DNA of 34,245 bases from Bacteroidia bacterium (GTDB lineage Bacteria > Bacteroidota > Bacteroidia > Palsa-965), in assembly GCA_035760825.1 (NCBI GenBank), contig DASTSF010000199.1, forward strand, positions 1-34,245. The letters run 5' to 3'. Below the pieces are notes generated by a model, which ran no database searches, was not told the DNA's origin, and worked only from the letters and a program-made list of their open reading frames with translations. This document shows, piece by piece, positions 1-9,689 of the stretch. The position numbers and the translations under genes are program-made. Positions within the stretch are counted from its first letter, which is position 1. Every line of letters starts with the position of its first letter.

Positions 1-885
1 CGTATTCGTGTCGGTATGCCCGTACGTCGGTTTTTCCAGCGTAAAAGGCCCTGCGTCGATCCTGAAAAACTCTTCGTCTTTTGTAAATCCCCCGAGCTGC
101 ATGCCCCCGGGGATCTTCTTATTCCAGCTCCAGTTCTCACCGGTATACACCTTGATGTAAAACGTCCCGTTCGGAAGCGCTTTCATGACGAATGCGTTTT
201 TCGCGTGAATGAATTCATTGCGTATCGTCTTGTGCGCTTTTGCGTCAACAGCACACACAACCGCATCGGAAAGCGGGTTGTAGATCACCAGCTCGTTCGG
301 GGAAAGCCAGGTTTCCCGGCCCGTTCCGAAAAGACTGTCGTACGGTGAATCGAGGTTCTGAATATCCCGCTTTTTTAAATCGGGTTTGGCCAGGTCTAGG
401 TCTTCGAGCTTCTTCGTCAGCGCCAGCGATTCCTCTTCTCTCTTTTTCGTGATGTGATTCTCGAACGCGGCCGTGGCGGCAAGATAGAGAACGAACGTGA
501 TGATCATTCCCACGAGCAGCTTTTTCCGTTTGCGCATGTGCTGCAGCAGCCGCGCCTTGTGCACGCGCCTTGCCCGGTAAAGATCCTCCGGCGAATATTC
601 CCGCCGCCGCGGTTCCCTTCTTTCCTCCCGGGGAAAGCCGGAATAGAAATCGGAATGCGTGGAAAAGGAATACTGGTGTACCCGTTTGAAGTCGTAATCC
701 CTTTTTTTCCCGGGATCCGAAAGAACATCATACGCTTCCTGCAGCTCCTTGAACTTTTCTTCCGCGTAAAGATTCCCGGGGTTGACATCGGGATGAAATT
801 TTTTGGCAAGACGGCGGTACGCCGCTTTGATGTCGGCATCCGGCGCATTTTCTGCAACGCCAAGTATGCGGTAATAATCTTTCAC
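1..885 (-). CDS. J-domain (DnaJ-like) protein with one predicted TM helix; 3' end runs off the window
   Basis: Absent from the ORF track because the frame has no stop inside the window. My translation of the minus strand from GTG at 885 gives [65 protein letters not shown], a canonical J domain with the HPD motif. It continues with an Arg-rich linker, the hydrophobic segment [19 protein letters not shown], and an open frame to position 1 (…[20 protein letters not shown]). An in-frame TAA lies just upstream of the GTG. Confidence 0.8.
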   Translation of the reverse strand, partial: MKDYYRILGVAENAPDADIKAAYRRLAKKFHPDVNPGNLYAEEKFKELQEAYDVLSDPGKKRDYDFKRVHQYSFSTHSDFYSGFPREERREPRRREYSPEDLYRARRVHKARLLQHMRKRKKLLVGMIITFVLYLAATAAFENHITKKREEESLALTKKLEDLDLAKPDLKKRDIQNLDSPYDSLFGTGRETWLSPNELVIYNPLSDAVVCAVDAKAHKTIRNEFIHAKNAFVMKALPNGTFYIKVYTGENWSWNKKIPGGMQLGGFTKDEEFFRIDAGPFTLEKPTYGHTDTNT

Positions 886-932
886 GTAAGCTGTAAATCC
901 GTTCCGTTACAAAAACAGTTCCCGGCCGGTTA

Positions 933-2684
933 TCAGAATTTCGCCCTCGACGTTGTTTTGAACTTGCGCGTGTTCACCACTTTGTTCTTCGGATATTTGA
1001 TCGTGTACGTGAGCACGATCTTGCTCGTCTCCCCGGGCTGTATGTTCAGGTTCCACGTAACAATGCCCGTGGCCGGGTCGAGCGTTCCGCCGGAAAGCTG
1101 TGAAGCGTCGACAATAATCTCCGCATCCTGCGAAACCGGGATCTGGTCCTGCAGCTGAACGGTCACCGCTGTCTTCCGCGTGTTCTTCACATCGATCTCG
1201 TAGGAATATGTTTCCTTCTTCTGCGTCGCGGATGATTTTTCGTTGTTGAACTCTTTCAGCTTCGTTCGCGTAACAACAAGCTTCTGGTCGCGGCCGAGCG
1301 AAAGATCGAGCGTGTCGTCCGTGCTCCGCGTATCGATGTACGACTGCCCGACGTATGTTCCGCCGAAATAAACATTTGCCGGACCTTCCACCAGGTCGAG
1401 ATCTTCCCAGCCGGTGATGCGGGCCATGAGAAACGCTTCGCGCTCCATTTTCGGAACACAGTGATACTGGAACGTCGCGTTGAGGTTGTACTCCGTCACA
1501 TCGACGATGTACGGTTTTCCGTCAGCAGGAATATCATATTGCAGCTTGATGTCGAATTCGGCGCTCAGCTCCGAGACCTGGATCTGGTCGTACTGAATCT
1601 GCTGCGTTTGCTGCACCTGCTTATCGTTGAAAACGACCTGCGCATTCCCGTTCTGGTTGTAATACTGTTGCTGCGCGGGAGCTCTTTGCGGCTGCGCCGG
1701 CATGGAATTGGCGAGGTTCTGGTTGGCAAGACCGCCGGCGTCGGTTGGCTGATTGCCGCCATAATTCCACCCGCTGGTATTTCCATAACCGGAATTGTTG
1801 TAATACGATGAATTGTTCTGCTCGAAGCTCAGCGTCCACGGATCGAGCTGCGGTGCCGCAGCCGTCTGCATCGGGTCTGCCGTGGAAAGTTTCATCTTCA
1901 CATTTTTCCAGTCGACATCCGTGTTATTGAAAACTTTTGCGCGGTATTTCAGATCGATCGGCTTGCTGACATCATCGGCAATAAGATCATAGCTCGGCGC
2001 CCAGCCGGCATCGCTTACCACGTAGTGAAGCTCCGTCGCCGATTCGAACTTGATCGTGCTGGTCGAGTTCAGCAGCACAACCACTTCCGCCATCGGCGGG
2101 TTTGTGCGCTGGTTCGCTTCCGTCAGCTGCCAGTTGAGGCGGTTGACGACCTCCTGCTGATCGGAAGCTTTCCGGTTCAGCTTCACCAGCTCGGTATTGA
2201 TCTCGAGCGTGCGCGTGTAATAAAAATCCGCCGACAGCTTGAGGTCAGCAGGAACAACTCCGTTGTTCGTTCCGCCGATTCCCTGGTTCGCATCGAGCAT
2301 TTGTTTTTCTTTTTCGTAGGCATCGATCTGCCCGCGCGTGATCGCGAGGTTGTCCGACATGAGGTTGAGCGAATCCGTCAGCTGCTTTACATGCTCGTCA
2401 TTTTTTTTCTGGCCGTACAGGTAATCGATGTGATCGCTGATGGCGAGAACGGAGACATCGCCGCTTGCGGTGAACTGCAGGCTTTTCGGAATGAGCTTCG
2501 AGGTGAGCCCGACAAAATGCAGCTCGTTCCTTCCCGGTGAAATGGAAACGGTTTTCGTGTGCGTCACTTCCGCACCGGTGAGGTAAACAACCACCGACGT
2601 GATCGGCGATTCTATTTTTTGTGTAACGTCTCCCGCAAGCAGTGTTACCGGAAGCAGGCAGAGAAGAAAAATAATTTTTTTCAT
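933..2684 (-). CDS. Secreted DUF4139/DUF4140-type protein (mucoidy-inhibitor MuiA-like family) with an internal Q/N-rich insert
   Basis: 583-aa ORF with an ATG start and signal peptide MKKIIFLLCLLPVTLLAG. The N-terminal segment ITSVVVYLTGAEVTHT and the overall layout match, from memory, the Bacteroidota DUF4140+DUF4139 proteins. Family assignment was not checked by HMM. Confidence 0.7.
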   Translation of the reverse strand: MKKIIFLLCLLPVTLLAGDVTQKIESPITSVVVYLTGAEVTHTKTVSISPGRNELHFVGLTSKLIPKSLQFTASGDVSVLAISDHIDYLYGQKKNDEHVKQLTDSLNLMSDNLAITRGQIDAYEKEKQMLDANQGIGGTNNGVVPADLKLSADFYYTRTLEINTELVKLNRKASDQQEVVNRLNWQLTEANQRTNPPMAEVVVLLNSTSTIKFESATELHYVVSDAGWAPSYDLIADDVSKPIDLKYRAKVFNNTDVDWKNVKMKLSTADPMQTAAAPQLDPWTLSFEQNNSSYYNNSGYGNTSGWNYGGNQPTDAGGLANQNLANSMPAQPQRAPAQQQYYNQNGNAQVVFNDKQVQQTQQIQYDQIQVSELSAEFDIKLQYDIPADGKPYIVDVTEYNLNATFQYHCVPKMEREAFLMARITGWEDLDLVEGPANVYFGGTYVGQSYIDTRSTDDTLDLSLGRDQKLVVTRTKLKEFNNEKSSATQKKETYSYEIDVKNTRKTAVTVQLQDQIPVSQDAEIIVDASQLSGGTLDPATGIVTWNLNIQPGETSKIVLTYTIKYPKNKVVNTRKFKTTSRAKF

Positions 2685-2702
2685 GGGGAATAGTTTTGGG
2701 TT

Positions 2703-2739
2703 GGAACAAAAACCCCTGTCCGCAAGGCGAACAGGGGTT
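2703..2739 (-). terminator. Rho-independent terminator candidate downstream of the solute-binding protein gene
   Basis: Perfect 9-bp inverted repeat aacccctgt (2711-2719) / acaggggtt (2731-2739) with an 11-nt loop. On the minus strand it is followed by tttgttcc. Confidence 0.55.
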
Positions 2740-2759
2740 CGGTGAAATCGTTTTACGGA

Positions 2760-4601
2760 TCAGTGCTTGTCTTCTTTATTCTCTTCCGTGCTGGCGTCAC
2801 TTTTTGTATTCGAGCCGCCACCTGCCGAATCTTTGCCGTCTTTGGAAGGGGATTCTTTAATATAAACCTGTGAGAAATCGAGGTAACGCATCGGGTTGGT
2901 ATAGAAATTCTTCACACGGTATTGCGTGAAACGGTAGTTCTCATCATACCACAGGATGATCGCAGGCGCGTCATTCATCATGATCTGTTCCGCCTGGAGG
3001 AAAAGCTTGTTGGCCTCTTCGGTTGTTTTCGCCGTACGCGCAGCATTGTAAAGACTGTCGAACTGCGGATTTTTATACCGCGATGTATTCGGGAACGACG
3101 CAACCGAAAGACTGTCCGGCACATCACCGCCATAGAAGAGGGAAAGGAACGTTTCCGGCGAAGGATAATCCGCAACCCACGCGGAACGGAACATATCCGA
3201 CTGGCCGTGTTGTTCATCGGCAAGCTTTTGCTGGAACGAAACACTTGCATACTCGATGTTGACGTGAAGCACTTCGCGCAGCTCATTCGAAATTTCTTCC
3301 GCCACGCGCGTGTTTTTCGATCCGCCGCTGTTCAGCACGAGCTTCACCGTGGGGAAACCTTTCCCGTCGGGGTAGCCGGCTTCCGCAAGCAGCTTGCGCG
3401 CAAGGTCGCGATCGGCTTCTTTCTGCTTCGCCGTTTCTTCATCGGTTTCCTTGATGGATTCGTATCCTTTGATCTCGCTTGCTTTGTAACCGGGAAGCGC
3501 GGGCGGACAGATACCGTTGAGTCCCGGGCCGTACGCTTCACCGCCGAGAACTTCATCCACAAGGTGTCGCCGGTCGATCGCATAGCTGAACGCCTGGCGG
3601 ACTTTCACATTATTGAAAGGAGGACGCGTCGTATTGAACACGTAGATCTGCGTCACGAATTCCGAAGAATGATCGAGCTGGAATTTCGGCGGCTTCTGCT
3701 TGAAATCGGAAATGACCTGCGGCAGAAACACCTTGACCGCTTCCGCGTTGAGTCCCCACACAAAATCAAGACGGCCGGCCTGGAAAAGGTCGAGCTCTTC
3801 TTTTTTGTTGTCGATGAAAGACACTTTGATGGTGTCGAGGAACGGCAGCTGGTTGCCGAGGGAATCTTTCCCGTAGTAGTTGTCGTTGCGGACAAGCACG
3901 AGGCTGCTCGTATCATTGGCAATGGACGAAAGAATGAACGGCCCCGTTCCGACGTGCATTTTTTCTTTGTACTTCTCGACAGCTTCTTTCGGCACAATGC
4001 TCGCGATGGGATTGGCCAGCACGCTCAGGAACGAGATGCTCGGTTTTTCCAGCGTCACCTGTACGGTTTGCGGATCGATCACCGTCACGCCCTGGAGACT
4101 GCCTTCCGCGGCAGAAGCACCGGCGGTGTAGAATGCATTGGCACCCACCACGCGATCTTTGAACGAGGAAGAGAAGTTGGGGTTGTGCCCGTCATTCCGG
4201 CAAAGCAGCTCGAATGAATACTTGACATCGTTTGCCGTCATCACACGGCCTTTTCCGTCGGGGAAGCAGGGATCGTCCTGGAAATGAACATCTTTTTTGA
4301 GATGGAAAGTATACGTCGTACCCGTCGGGTCGACTTCCCATTTATCAGCAAGGCCGGGCAGGATCTGCAGCGTGCGCGGATCGAATTTTACCAGTCCTTC
4401 GTATATCTGGGTGGCTACGTGAGCAGAAATCCCGTCCGTTATCATTGTCGGGAAAAGCGTCTGGATTTTGTCCGTTTCGTTAAAACGGAGTGTTCCGCCA
4501 TAAACACGTCCGCCTTTACCCTCCTTGTGTGTAACGTTATTGTCGTTACCGCAAGACCCCATCAAAAAGACTAAAGGGAGAAACAGCAGGAGTTTTCTCA
4601 T
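2760..4601 (-). CDS. ABC transporter substrate-binding lipoprotein, family 5 (peptide/nickel, OppA/DppA-like)
   Basis: 613-aa ORF with lipobox LFLPLVFLMGSCGND. Length and motifs (GGTLRF, TDGISAHVATQIYEGLVKFDP, WYDENYRF) are typical of SBP_bac_5 proteins. The C-terminus is a low-complexity tail. Confidence 0.85.
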   Translation of the reverse strand: MRKLLLFLPLVFLMGSCGNDNNVTHKEGKGGRVYGGTLRFNETDKIQTLFPTMITDGISAHVATQIYEGLVKFDPRTLQILPGLADKWEVDPTGTTYTFHLKKDVHFQDDPCFPDGKGRVMTANDVKYSFELLCRNDGHNPNFSSSFKDRVVGANAFYTAGASAAEGSLQGVTVIDPQTVQVTLEKPSISFLSVLANPIASIVPKEAVEKYKEKMHVGTGPFILSSIANDTSSLVLVRNDNYYGKDSLGNQLPFLDTIKVSFIDNKKEELDLFQAGRLDFVWGLNAEAVKVFLPQVISDFKQKPPKFQLDHSSEFVTQIYVFNTTRPPFNNVKVRQAFSYAIDRRHLVDEVLGGEAYGPGLNGICPPALPGYKASEIKGYESIKETDEETAKQKEADRDLARKLLAEAGYPDGKGFPTVKLVLNSGGSKNTRVAEEISNELREVLHVNIEYASVSFQQKLADEQHGQSDMFRSAWVADYPSPETFLSLFYGGDVPDSLSVASFPNTSRYKNPQFDSLYNAARTAKTTEEANKLFLQAEQIMMNDAPAIILWYDENYRFTQYRVKNFYTNPMRYLDFSQVYIKESPSKDGKDSAGGGSNTKSDASTEENKEDKH

Positions 4602-4903
4602 ATATGCGTAATTGATAACGAGTTAGTTGCCGATTTATCGGGCGAAGATACGAATTCGTCGTTCATTGCATAAGGTTTTTGTCAAATTATGTGGCTTCGT
4701 TTTCGCGCGCAAATCCCTTTGACATTCCATATTATCTTCAATCCGCTGTTTTACAGTTTTTTCCAAGCACCTTCATTGGGCTGGGCGAAGAATACGCGGA
4801 ATTGATCGAAAATTAATAGGGTTTTATTTTGAATTTTCTCAGTAACACACTAATATTGCCCGTCAAATTCGGAGGTGCACCCCCTAAATTGCGCATTCGT
4901 TAA

Positions 4904-5704
4904 ATGAAAAATAGATTTCTGCTGCTGTCCTTTGCTGTTCTTCTCCTTGTTTTTAAGGGATACAGCCAATCCATGATCCTTCTTGAAGGAACTTACCAGG
5001 GAAAAAACGTTTACGTTCAGAACCCTTTTAATAACAACGGCGTAGGTTTCTGCGTGTATGAGGTTCGTGTGAACGACCAGATTACAACGGACGAGATCGG
5101 TTCCAGCGCGTTTGAGATCGACCTGCGCAATTTCAACCTCAAGCAGGGCGATGCCGTTTCCATCAAGATTTTCCACAAGCCTGATTGCACTCCCAAAGTG
5201 CTGAACCCCGAAGTGCTTAAACCCAAATCCACTTTCAATACGACTTCCATCACCGTTGATAAAACGGATGAAACGCTCAAATGGACGACCACCGGCGAAT
5301 CCGGGAAGCTGACGTTCGTTGTGGAGCAGTTCCGCTGGAACAAATGGGTTAAAGTCGGCGAGGTGGAAGGCCTCGGAACGGCCGGGCCCAATAATTATTC
5401 ATTCAAGATCGTTCCGCATTCCGGCGAAAACCAGTTCCGCGTCAAACAGGTGGATTATTCCGGGCAGGCGCGCACATCCCCGGTTGCCAAATACACATCT
5501 GACGTGCAGCCGATCAAGTTCTATCCTGTCAAGGTCAAAGACAAGATCACTTTCGAGGGAGGGGAAACCATGTGGGAAATTTATGACCAGTACGGAAATA
5601 TCGTGAAGAAAGGATTTGGAAGTACCGTCGACTGTACGGGCCTTGCCAAAGGCGGCTACTTCCTGAATTACGACAACACGACTGCTGAATTCTTCAAGCA
5701 GTAA
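4904..5704 (+). CDS. Hypothetical secreted protein, possibly with a T9SS-type C-terminal sorting domain
   Basis: 266-aa ORF with signal peptide MKNRFLLLSFAVLLLVFKGYSQ. The C-terminal ~70 aa (KFYPVKVKDKITFEGGETMWEIYDQYGNIVKKGFGSTVDCTGLAKGGYFLNYDNTTAEFFKQ) resemble Por-secretion tails. A strong terminator follows. Confidence 0.6.
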   Translation: MKNRFLLLSFAVLLLVFKGYSQSMILLEGTYQGKNVYVQNPFNNNGVGFCVYEVRVNDQITTDEIGSSAFEIDLRNFNLKQGDAVSIKIFHKPDCTPKVLNPEVLKPKSTFNTTSITVDKTDETLKWTTTGESGKLTFVVEQFRWNKWVKVGEVEGLGTAGPNNYSFKIVPHSGENQFRVKQVDYSGQARTSPVAKYTSDVQPIKFYPVKVKDKITFEGGETMWEIYDQYGNIVKKGFGSTVDCTGLAKGGYFLNYDNTTAEFFKQ

Positions 5705-5726
5705 ATTCATAAACCGACAGACTTCC

Positions 5727-5755
5727 GATCCCGCCAAAGGCGGGATCATTTTTTT
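5727..5755 (+). terminator. Rho-independent terminator
   Basis: Perfect 9-bp stem gatcccgcc / ggcgggatc with loop aaa, followed directly by attttttt. Confidence 0.8.
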
Positions 5756-5763
5756 CCGGCCAC

Positions 5764-6168
5764 ATGAAAAAAATAGAGCACATCGGCATTGCCGTAAAAA
5801 ACCTGGATGAAGCGGAAAAGCTCTACGCAAAGCTTCTCGGATCGCCCTCTTATAAACGGGAAACTGTCGAAAGCGAAGGTGTGATCACTTCTTTTTTCCG
5901 TACCGGCGAAAACAAGATCGAATTGCTGGGATCGCTTACGGAAAACGGACCGGTGGCAAAGTTCCTGGAAAAAAAAGGCGAAGGAATTCATCACATCGCG
6001 TTCGATGTGGAAGATATCCGGGCAGAGATGAAGCGGCTGCATGCGGAAGGATTTGTCCTGCTGAACGAAGAGCCGAAAAAAGGAGCCGACAACAAGCTTA
6101 TCTGCTTTGTGCATCCGAAATCATCCGCGGGCGTGCTGATCGAACTGTGCCAGGAGATCCGGGAGTAA
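5764..6168 (+). CDS. mce: Methylmalonyl-CoA epimerase (VOC/glyoxalase-fold)
   Basis: 134-aa ORF. MKKIEHIGIAVKNLDEA … GEGIHHIAFDVEDI … FVHPKSSAGVLIELCQ matches the conserved pattern of methylmalonyl-CoA epimerases. Confidence 0.8.
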   Translation: MKKIEHIGIAVKNLDEAEKLYAKLLGSPSYKRETVESEGVITSFFRTGENKIELLGSLTENGPVAKFLEKKGEGIHHIAFDVEDIRAEMKRLHAEGFVLLNEEPKKGADNKLICFVHPKSSAGVLIELCQEIRE

Positions 6169-6189
6169 TTCCGGGAGCAGAAAAAACAA

Positions 6190-6216
6190 AAAAGCGGATC
6201 GCAGTGATCCGCTTTT
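6190..6216. terminator. Bidirectional terminator between convergent genes
   Basis: aaaagcggatc-gcagt-gatccgctttt: a 7-bp GC-rich stem extended by an A4/T4 flank, so it is usable from either strand. It sits between the mce stop (6168) and the minus-strand gene stop (6239). Confidence 0.7.
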
Positions 6217-6238
6217 CGCATTTAAGAACGAAGCTTGT

Positions 6239-7924
6239 TTACGGATGAGCGACAACGATTCTTGCTGTCGAGCTTTTCCCGTTGTTGAGCATTGTCACGA
6301 AATAAACACCGTTCGCCCAGCCCGAAACATCGAACTGCTCGGTGTGGTTTCCCGGACCTGATCCGTCAGGCCGGCGTGTTTCCACAACCTCTCCGAGCGT
6401 ATTGGTAACCGTGAACAGCACGGCGTTATTATCGCTGGTGGAATAATTCAGCGTAAAAGAAGAAGAGGATGGATTCGGGAAAAGTCCCGTGATGGAAGCT
6501 CCCCCGGCCTCGCTGATGGAAGAGGTCAGGTATTCCGCATCGAACATCGCCACACCATTCGATCCTGCACCTTCCGCAATCCACGCATGCGCGGTTTGCG
6601 TGAGCATGGGATTGATCTCCACACGCGGCCAAGCCGCCCTGAGGTTACCGGTCATGTCGTTGTATTGCGGAGTGATGTAGTTCCACGTATTAGGGGCGAC
6701 AAGATTATTTCCATTCACACAATACGGAAGTTTTCCATCCGTGGAATCATAATAAACGGTGAGAAAATTATCATAGCCCGGATCATAGCTGATGTCCGGC
6801 TGAAGATCATTTTCCCCTGAGTTGACGATGTCGAGGCGGTTCCAGAAGTTAGTGTAGTGAGCCCGTTTATTGTAAAAGCCCAGCAGGTCATAATCGGTAC
6901 CGTTCCCGTAAAAATCGCGCTGGCAAAGAACGACCGCTGTAACTGAAGAGCTGTCGTTATCCGTGCCGTTGAATTGAACGGCGATCTCAGGATTGCAGCA
7001 GAGGTTGATCATGGAAGAAGAAATTGAATCGAGGTTGACCGGCGGTATCCAGGCGTCATTCACCGTAGACGTGCTCCGCGAGGTGTAGATATGACCTGTG
7101 CGGTCACCGGAAGACGTCAGCATTTCCCATGCCCCGAAATAGCGGCCGTTGGATGCGCTCGCACTGCGCCCGTAGGCAAGCGAAACATTCCGGAAATAAT
7201 ACCCGGTTGTCATCACGGACTGACGCACACTCCATGTTCCGCCGCCGTCAACTGACCCGAGAAACACCATCGAATCGACCGAGCTGCTGTAAGCAGAATA
7301 AAGAAGCCCGACGCTGTACGGGCTCGCACCGACCGCCGGAAAGCGGTAATCGGAAGCGAGAGCAACGTCATATATTCTCCGCGTTCCGTTCTGCAGGTTG
7401 TAATTGCTGCCGATGAAGCTGCCGGTTGTTGCATTGTAACGGTCAACAAACAGAACATAGTTCCCGGACGTCGTATTATGATTCACTCCCGCGAGATACA
7501 GCGTAAGATTATTCGTATCCGTTCCGCAGACGACGATGTCGAACGCAGGATAAACGATGTTCTGCGGACTATAGCTGTCGACGGTCGTCCAGGTCATCCC
7601 GTTGTCGCGTGAACTGCGGATGGTAATTCCGCCGGCAACTCCGGCCGAGTCATACGTGGAATAAGCCGCATACACCCAGCCGTTGAATGCAACGCTGATG
7701 CGGACCCTGCGCTGATCGATCGCCGGCGCGTTCTGGATAATAATGTCGTTCCCGTACTGAACCGTAGGTGCCGAAGGTGTGCGCGCGTCGTTGTGCGTTT
7801 CGCTTTGAGAAGCTCTGATAGTCTGCAAAAAACCTCCCGCCGGTATGGGCTGGCGGCCCGTCTGCGCGGAAAGCATGGTACATGCTCCCAGCATGGCGAT
7901 AAACGATAAGTAAATTGTTTTCAT
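6239..7924 (-). CDS. Secreted BNR/Asp-box repeat protein with T9SS C-terminal sorting domain
   Basis: 561 aa with a signal peptide. Asp-box motifs SRDNGMTWT and SVDGGGTWS (S-x-D-x-G-x-T-W). C-terminal tail LFPNPSSSSFTLNY…GVYFVTMLNNGKSSTARIVV is typical of T9SS cargo. Confidence 0.75.
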   Translation of the reverse strand: MKTIYLSFIAMLGACTMLSAQTGRQPIPAGGFLQTIRASQSETHNDARTPSAPTVQYGNDIIIQNAPAIDQRRVRISVAFNGWVYAAYSTYDSAGVAGGITIRSSRDNGMTWTTVDSYSPQNIVYPAFDIVVCGTDTNNLTLYLAGVNHNTTSGNYVLFVDRYNATTGSFIGSNYNLQNGTRRIYDVALASDYRFPAVGASPYSVGLLYSAYSSSVDSMVFLGSVDGGGTWSVRQSVMTTGYYFRNVSLAYGRSASASNGRYFGAWEMLTSSGDRTGHIYTSRSTSTVNDAWIPPVNLDSISSSMINLCCNPEIAVQFNGTDNDSSSVTAVVLCQRDFYGNGTDYDLLGFYNKRAHYTNFWNRLDIVNSGENDLQPDISYDPGYDNFLTVYYDSTDGKLPYCVNGNNLVAPNTWNYITPQYNDMTGNLRAAWPRVEINPMLTQTAHAWIAEGAGSNGVAMFDAEYLTSSISEAGGASITGLFPNPSSSSFTLNYSTSDNNAVLFTVTNTLGEVVETRRPDGSGPGNHTEQFDVSGWANGVYFVTMLNNGKSSTARIVVAHP

Positions 7925-7972
7925 GGCTATATTTTTTGTTACACATCAAAATTAGATCAAATAGAAACGCAG

Positions 7973-7991
7973 CAGGGAAAAAATCTCCCTG
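7973..7991 (-). terminator. Weak hairpin downstream of the HAD hydrolase gene
   Basis: caggga-aaaaatc-tccctg, a 6-bp stem. The downstream sequence on the minus strand is only moderately T-rich. Confidence 0.3.
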
Positions 7992-8019
7992 AAAAAATTC
8001 CGGCGACAGGTGTTGCTTT

Positions 8020-8640
8020 TCAGAACACTTTTTCGCGCACGAGATCAAGAATTGTTTTTCCGGGAGCAAGCCACAAGGAGGAGATGCCCGTTTCCGCGGC
8101 GCCCTTCACGTGCTGCATCGAATCATCGATGAAAAGTGTTTCGGCCGGATCGAGCTTGTTTTCATCCAGCACGCGAAGAAAAATTTCCCTGTCCGGTTTG
8201 CGCATGCCCATGCGGCAGGAGTAATACCATTTTTCGAAAAAGCCTGAAAAATCACTGAATCCGTATTCACGCTGAAGATAGGCGGAGAAAGCCGCGACGT
8301 GAATTTCGTTCGTGTTGCTGAGGAGAAAGAGCCGGTAGCGTTTCCCGAGATGCGCAAGCAACTCAAGCCTCTCCGGCGGAACATCCAGCAGCATCGCGTT
8401 CCATGCCTCATCGATCGCGCGGCCGGTGACCGGCGCGGGAAAATATTTTTTCAGCTCCGTGCGGAATGCTTCCGGTGAAATTTTCCCTTTGTCGAAATCA
8501 TCGAATAATCCCGATTGCTTTGCCGTGGAATACTGCGAAGAAAAATCAGTCATGCCGAGGCGCACGAAGGCCTGTTCAGTTGCGGCCGGATCAAGATTGA
8601 TGATCACGCCGCCGAGATCGAAAATGATGTTGCGCAGCAT
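8020..8640 (-). CDS. HAD-superfamily hydrolase (subfamily IA-like)
   Basis: 206 aa. Motif I IIFDLGGVIINLD, motif II LLSNTN, C-terminal FIDDS. Confidence 0.85.
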   Translation of the reverse strand: MLRNIIFDLGGVIINLDPAATEQAFVRLGMTDFSSQYSTAKQSGLFDDFDKGKISPEAFRTELKKYFPAPVTGRAIDEAWNAMLLDVPPERLELLAHLGKRYRLFLLSNTNEIHVAAFSAYLQREYGFSDFSGFFEKWYYSCRMGMRKPDREIFLRVLDENKLDPAETLFIDDSMQHVKGAAETGISSLWLAPGKTILDLVREKVF

Positions 8641-8696
8641 CTGCGCAAAGAACTGAAATCCGGTTGTAACCTAAAAACGTATATTTACTTCACACG

Positions 8697-9680
8697 ATGA
8701 AAGGCAAGCCCGTTTATACGATTTCCGGATTAGTCCTGGCTGTCGCCTCCGTTCCCTTCGTTTTTTTCCTCCACCTGCCGCTCGCCGGGGCGATCCTCGC
8801 GGCGCTCGGGTATTTCGTGGCGATGAAGGAATTTTCAAAGTTCACCGGGCCGCTGCAGTTTTTCACCCAGCTGTTTGCCGGGCTGATGACGGGAACCGCG
8901 CTCGAATACCCGTTCCATGTATTTCCGTTCCTGCTGCTGACGATGTTCTTCGCGACGCTGTCGACGTTCGGAAGGATCATGTTCTTCCGGTTTTTCGCAT
9001 ACACGGGAAAAACCTGGTTCGAGCCGCTGATGCTTTTCCTGGCGATCGGCTGCCACGTGGCCGGCAACATGTCGGCGCACAGCGACTGGGCGGGGTGGTT
9101 GCTCCCGGGACCTGCCATAATTTTTGCCGGGATCATCACGTGGGGGATCATCAAGGACAAGCGGCAGCTGCTGGCGAAAACGATGAAAGGATACAAAATT
9201 GCGATCGGTTCACCGGCACCTCCCTTCTCCCTCGAGGCGAACGACGGCACAACGGTGAGTCTTTCCGATTTTTACGGCGACCGGAACCTCCTGCTCATTT
9301 TCGTACGCGGCGACTGGTGCCCGGGATGTCACATGATGCTGCGCACTTACCAGAAAAACAGCGAACAGTTCCGGCAGAAAAATATTTTTGTTCTTTCTAT
9401 CGGGCCCGACCCTGTCGGCGTGAACAAAGAGATGGTGGAGCGCCTGGGTCTTGACTTCAAAGTGCTGGCGGATGAAGGCCAGAAAGTGGCGATGAAATAC
9501 GGCGTGCAGCTGCAGGAATACGACAATGCATTTGCCGAAAAATATGACGAAGGAATTCCGCTTCCCGCATCGTTCCTTGTAGACAAAACCGGGATCGTAC
9601 GTTACGTGTCGAGACCGGATAAAGTGGGTGAATTTCTTAATCCTTCGCTCATTTTCCCCATTGTCGAAAAATTGGCGTAA
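8697..9680 (+). CDS. Membrane-anchored thioredoxin-fold redoxin (AhpC/TSA-redoxin family, CxxC)
   Basis: 327 aa. The N-terminal ~160 aa are hydrophobic multi-pass. The C-terminal domain carries LLIFVRGDWCPGCHMMLRTYQ and LPASFLVD. Confidence 0.8.
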   Translation: MKGKPVYTISGLVLAVASVPFVFFLHLPLAGAILAALGYFVAMKEFSKFTGPLQFFTQLFAGLMTGTALEYPFHVFPFLLLTMFFATLSTFGRIMFFRFFAYTGKTWFEPLMLFLAIGCHVAGNMSAHSDWAGWLLPGPAIIFAGIITWGIIKDKRQLLAKTMKGYKIAIGSPAPPFSLEANDGTTVSLSDFYGDRNLLLIFVRGDWCPGCHMMLRTYQKNSEQFRQKNIFVLSIGPDPVGVNKEMVERLGLDFKVLADEGQKVAMKYGVQLQEYDNAFAEKYDEGIPLPASFLVDKTGIVRYVSRPDKVGEFLNPSLIFPIVEKLA

Positions 9681-9689
9681 TATTCGTTT

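Noticed and set aside
16-1158. Plus-strand ORFs 16-348, 240-452 and 454-1158, and minus-strand ORF 504-863
   Set aside because: The three plus-strand ORFs are antisense to the edge-truncated J-domain gene (1-885, minus) or to the 3' end of the DUF4139 gene. The minus-strand ORF 504-863 overlaps the J-domain gene in a different reading frame. None of them has protein-like composition.
2922-4217. 431-aa plus-strand ORF inside the solute-binding protein gene
   Set aside because: It is fully antisense to a well-supported 613-aa gene. Its Arg/His/Phe-rich, domain-less translation is typical of a shadow ORF in GC-biased coding DNA.
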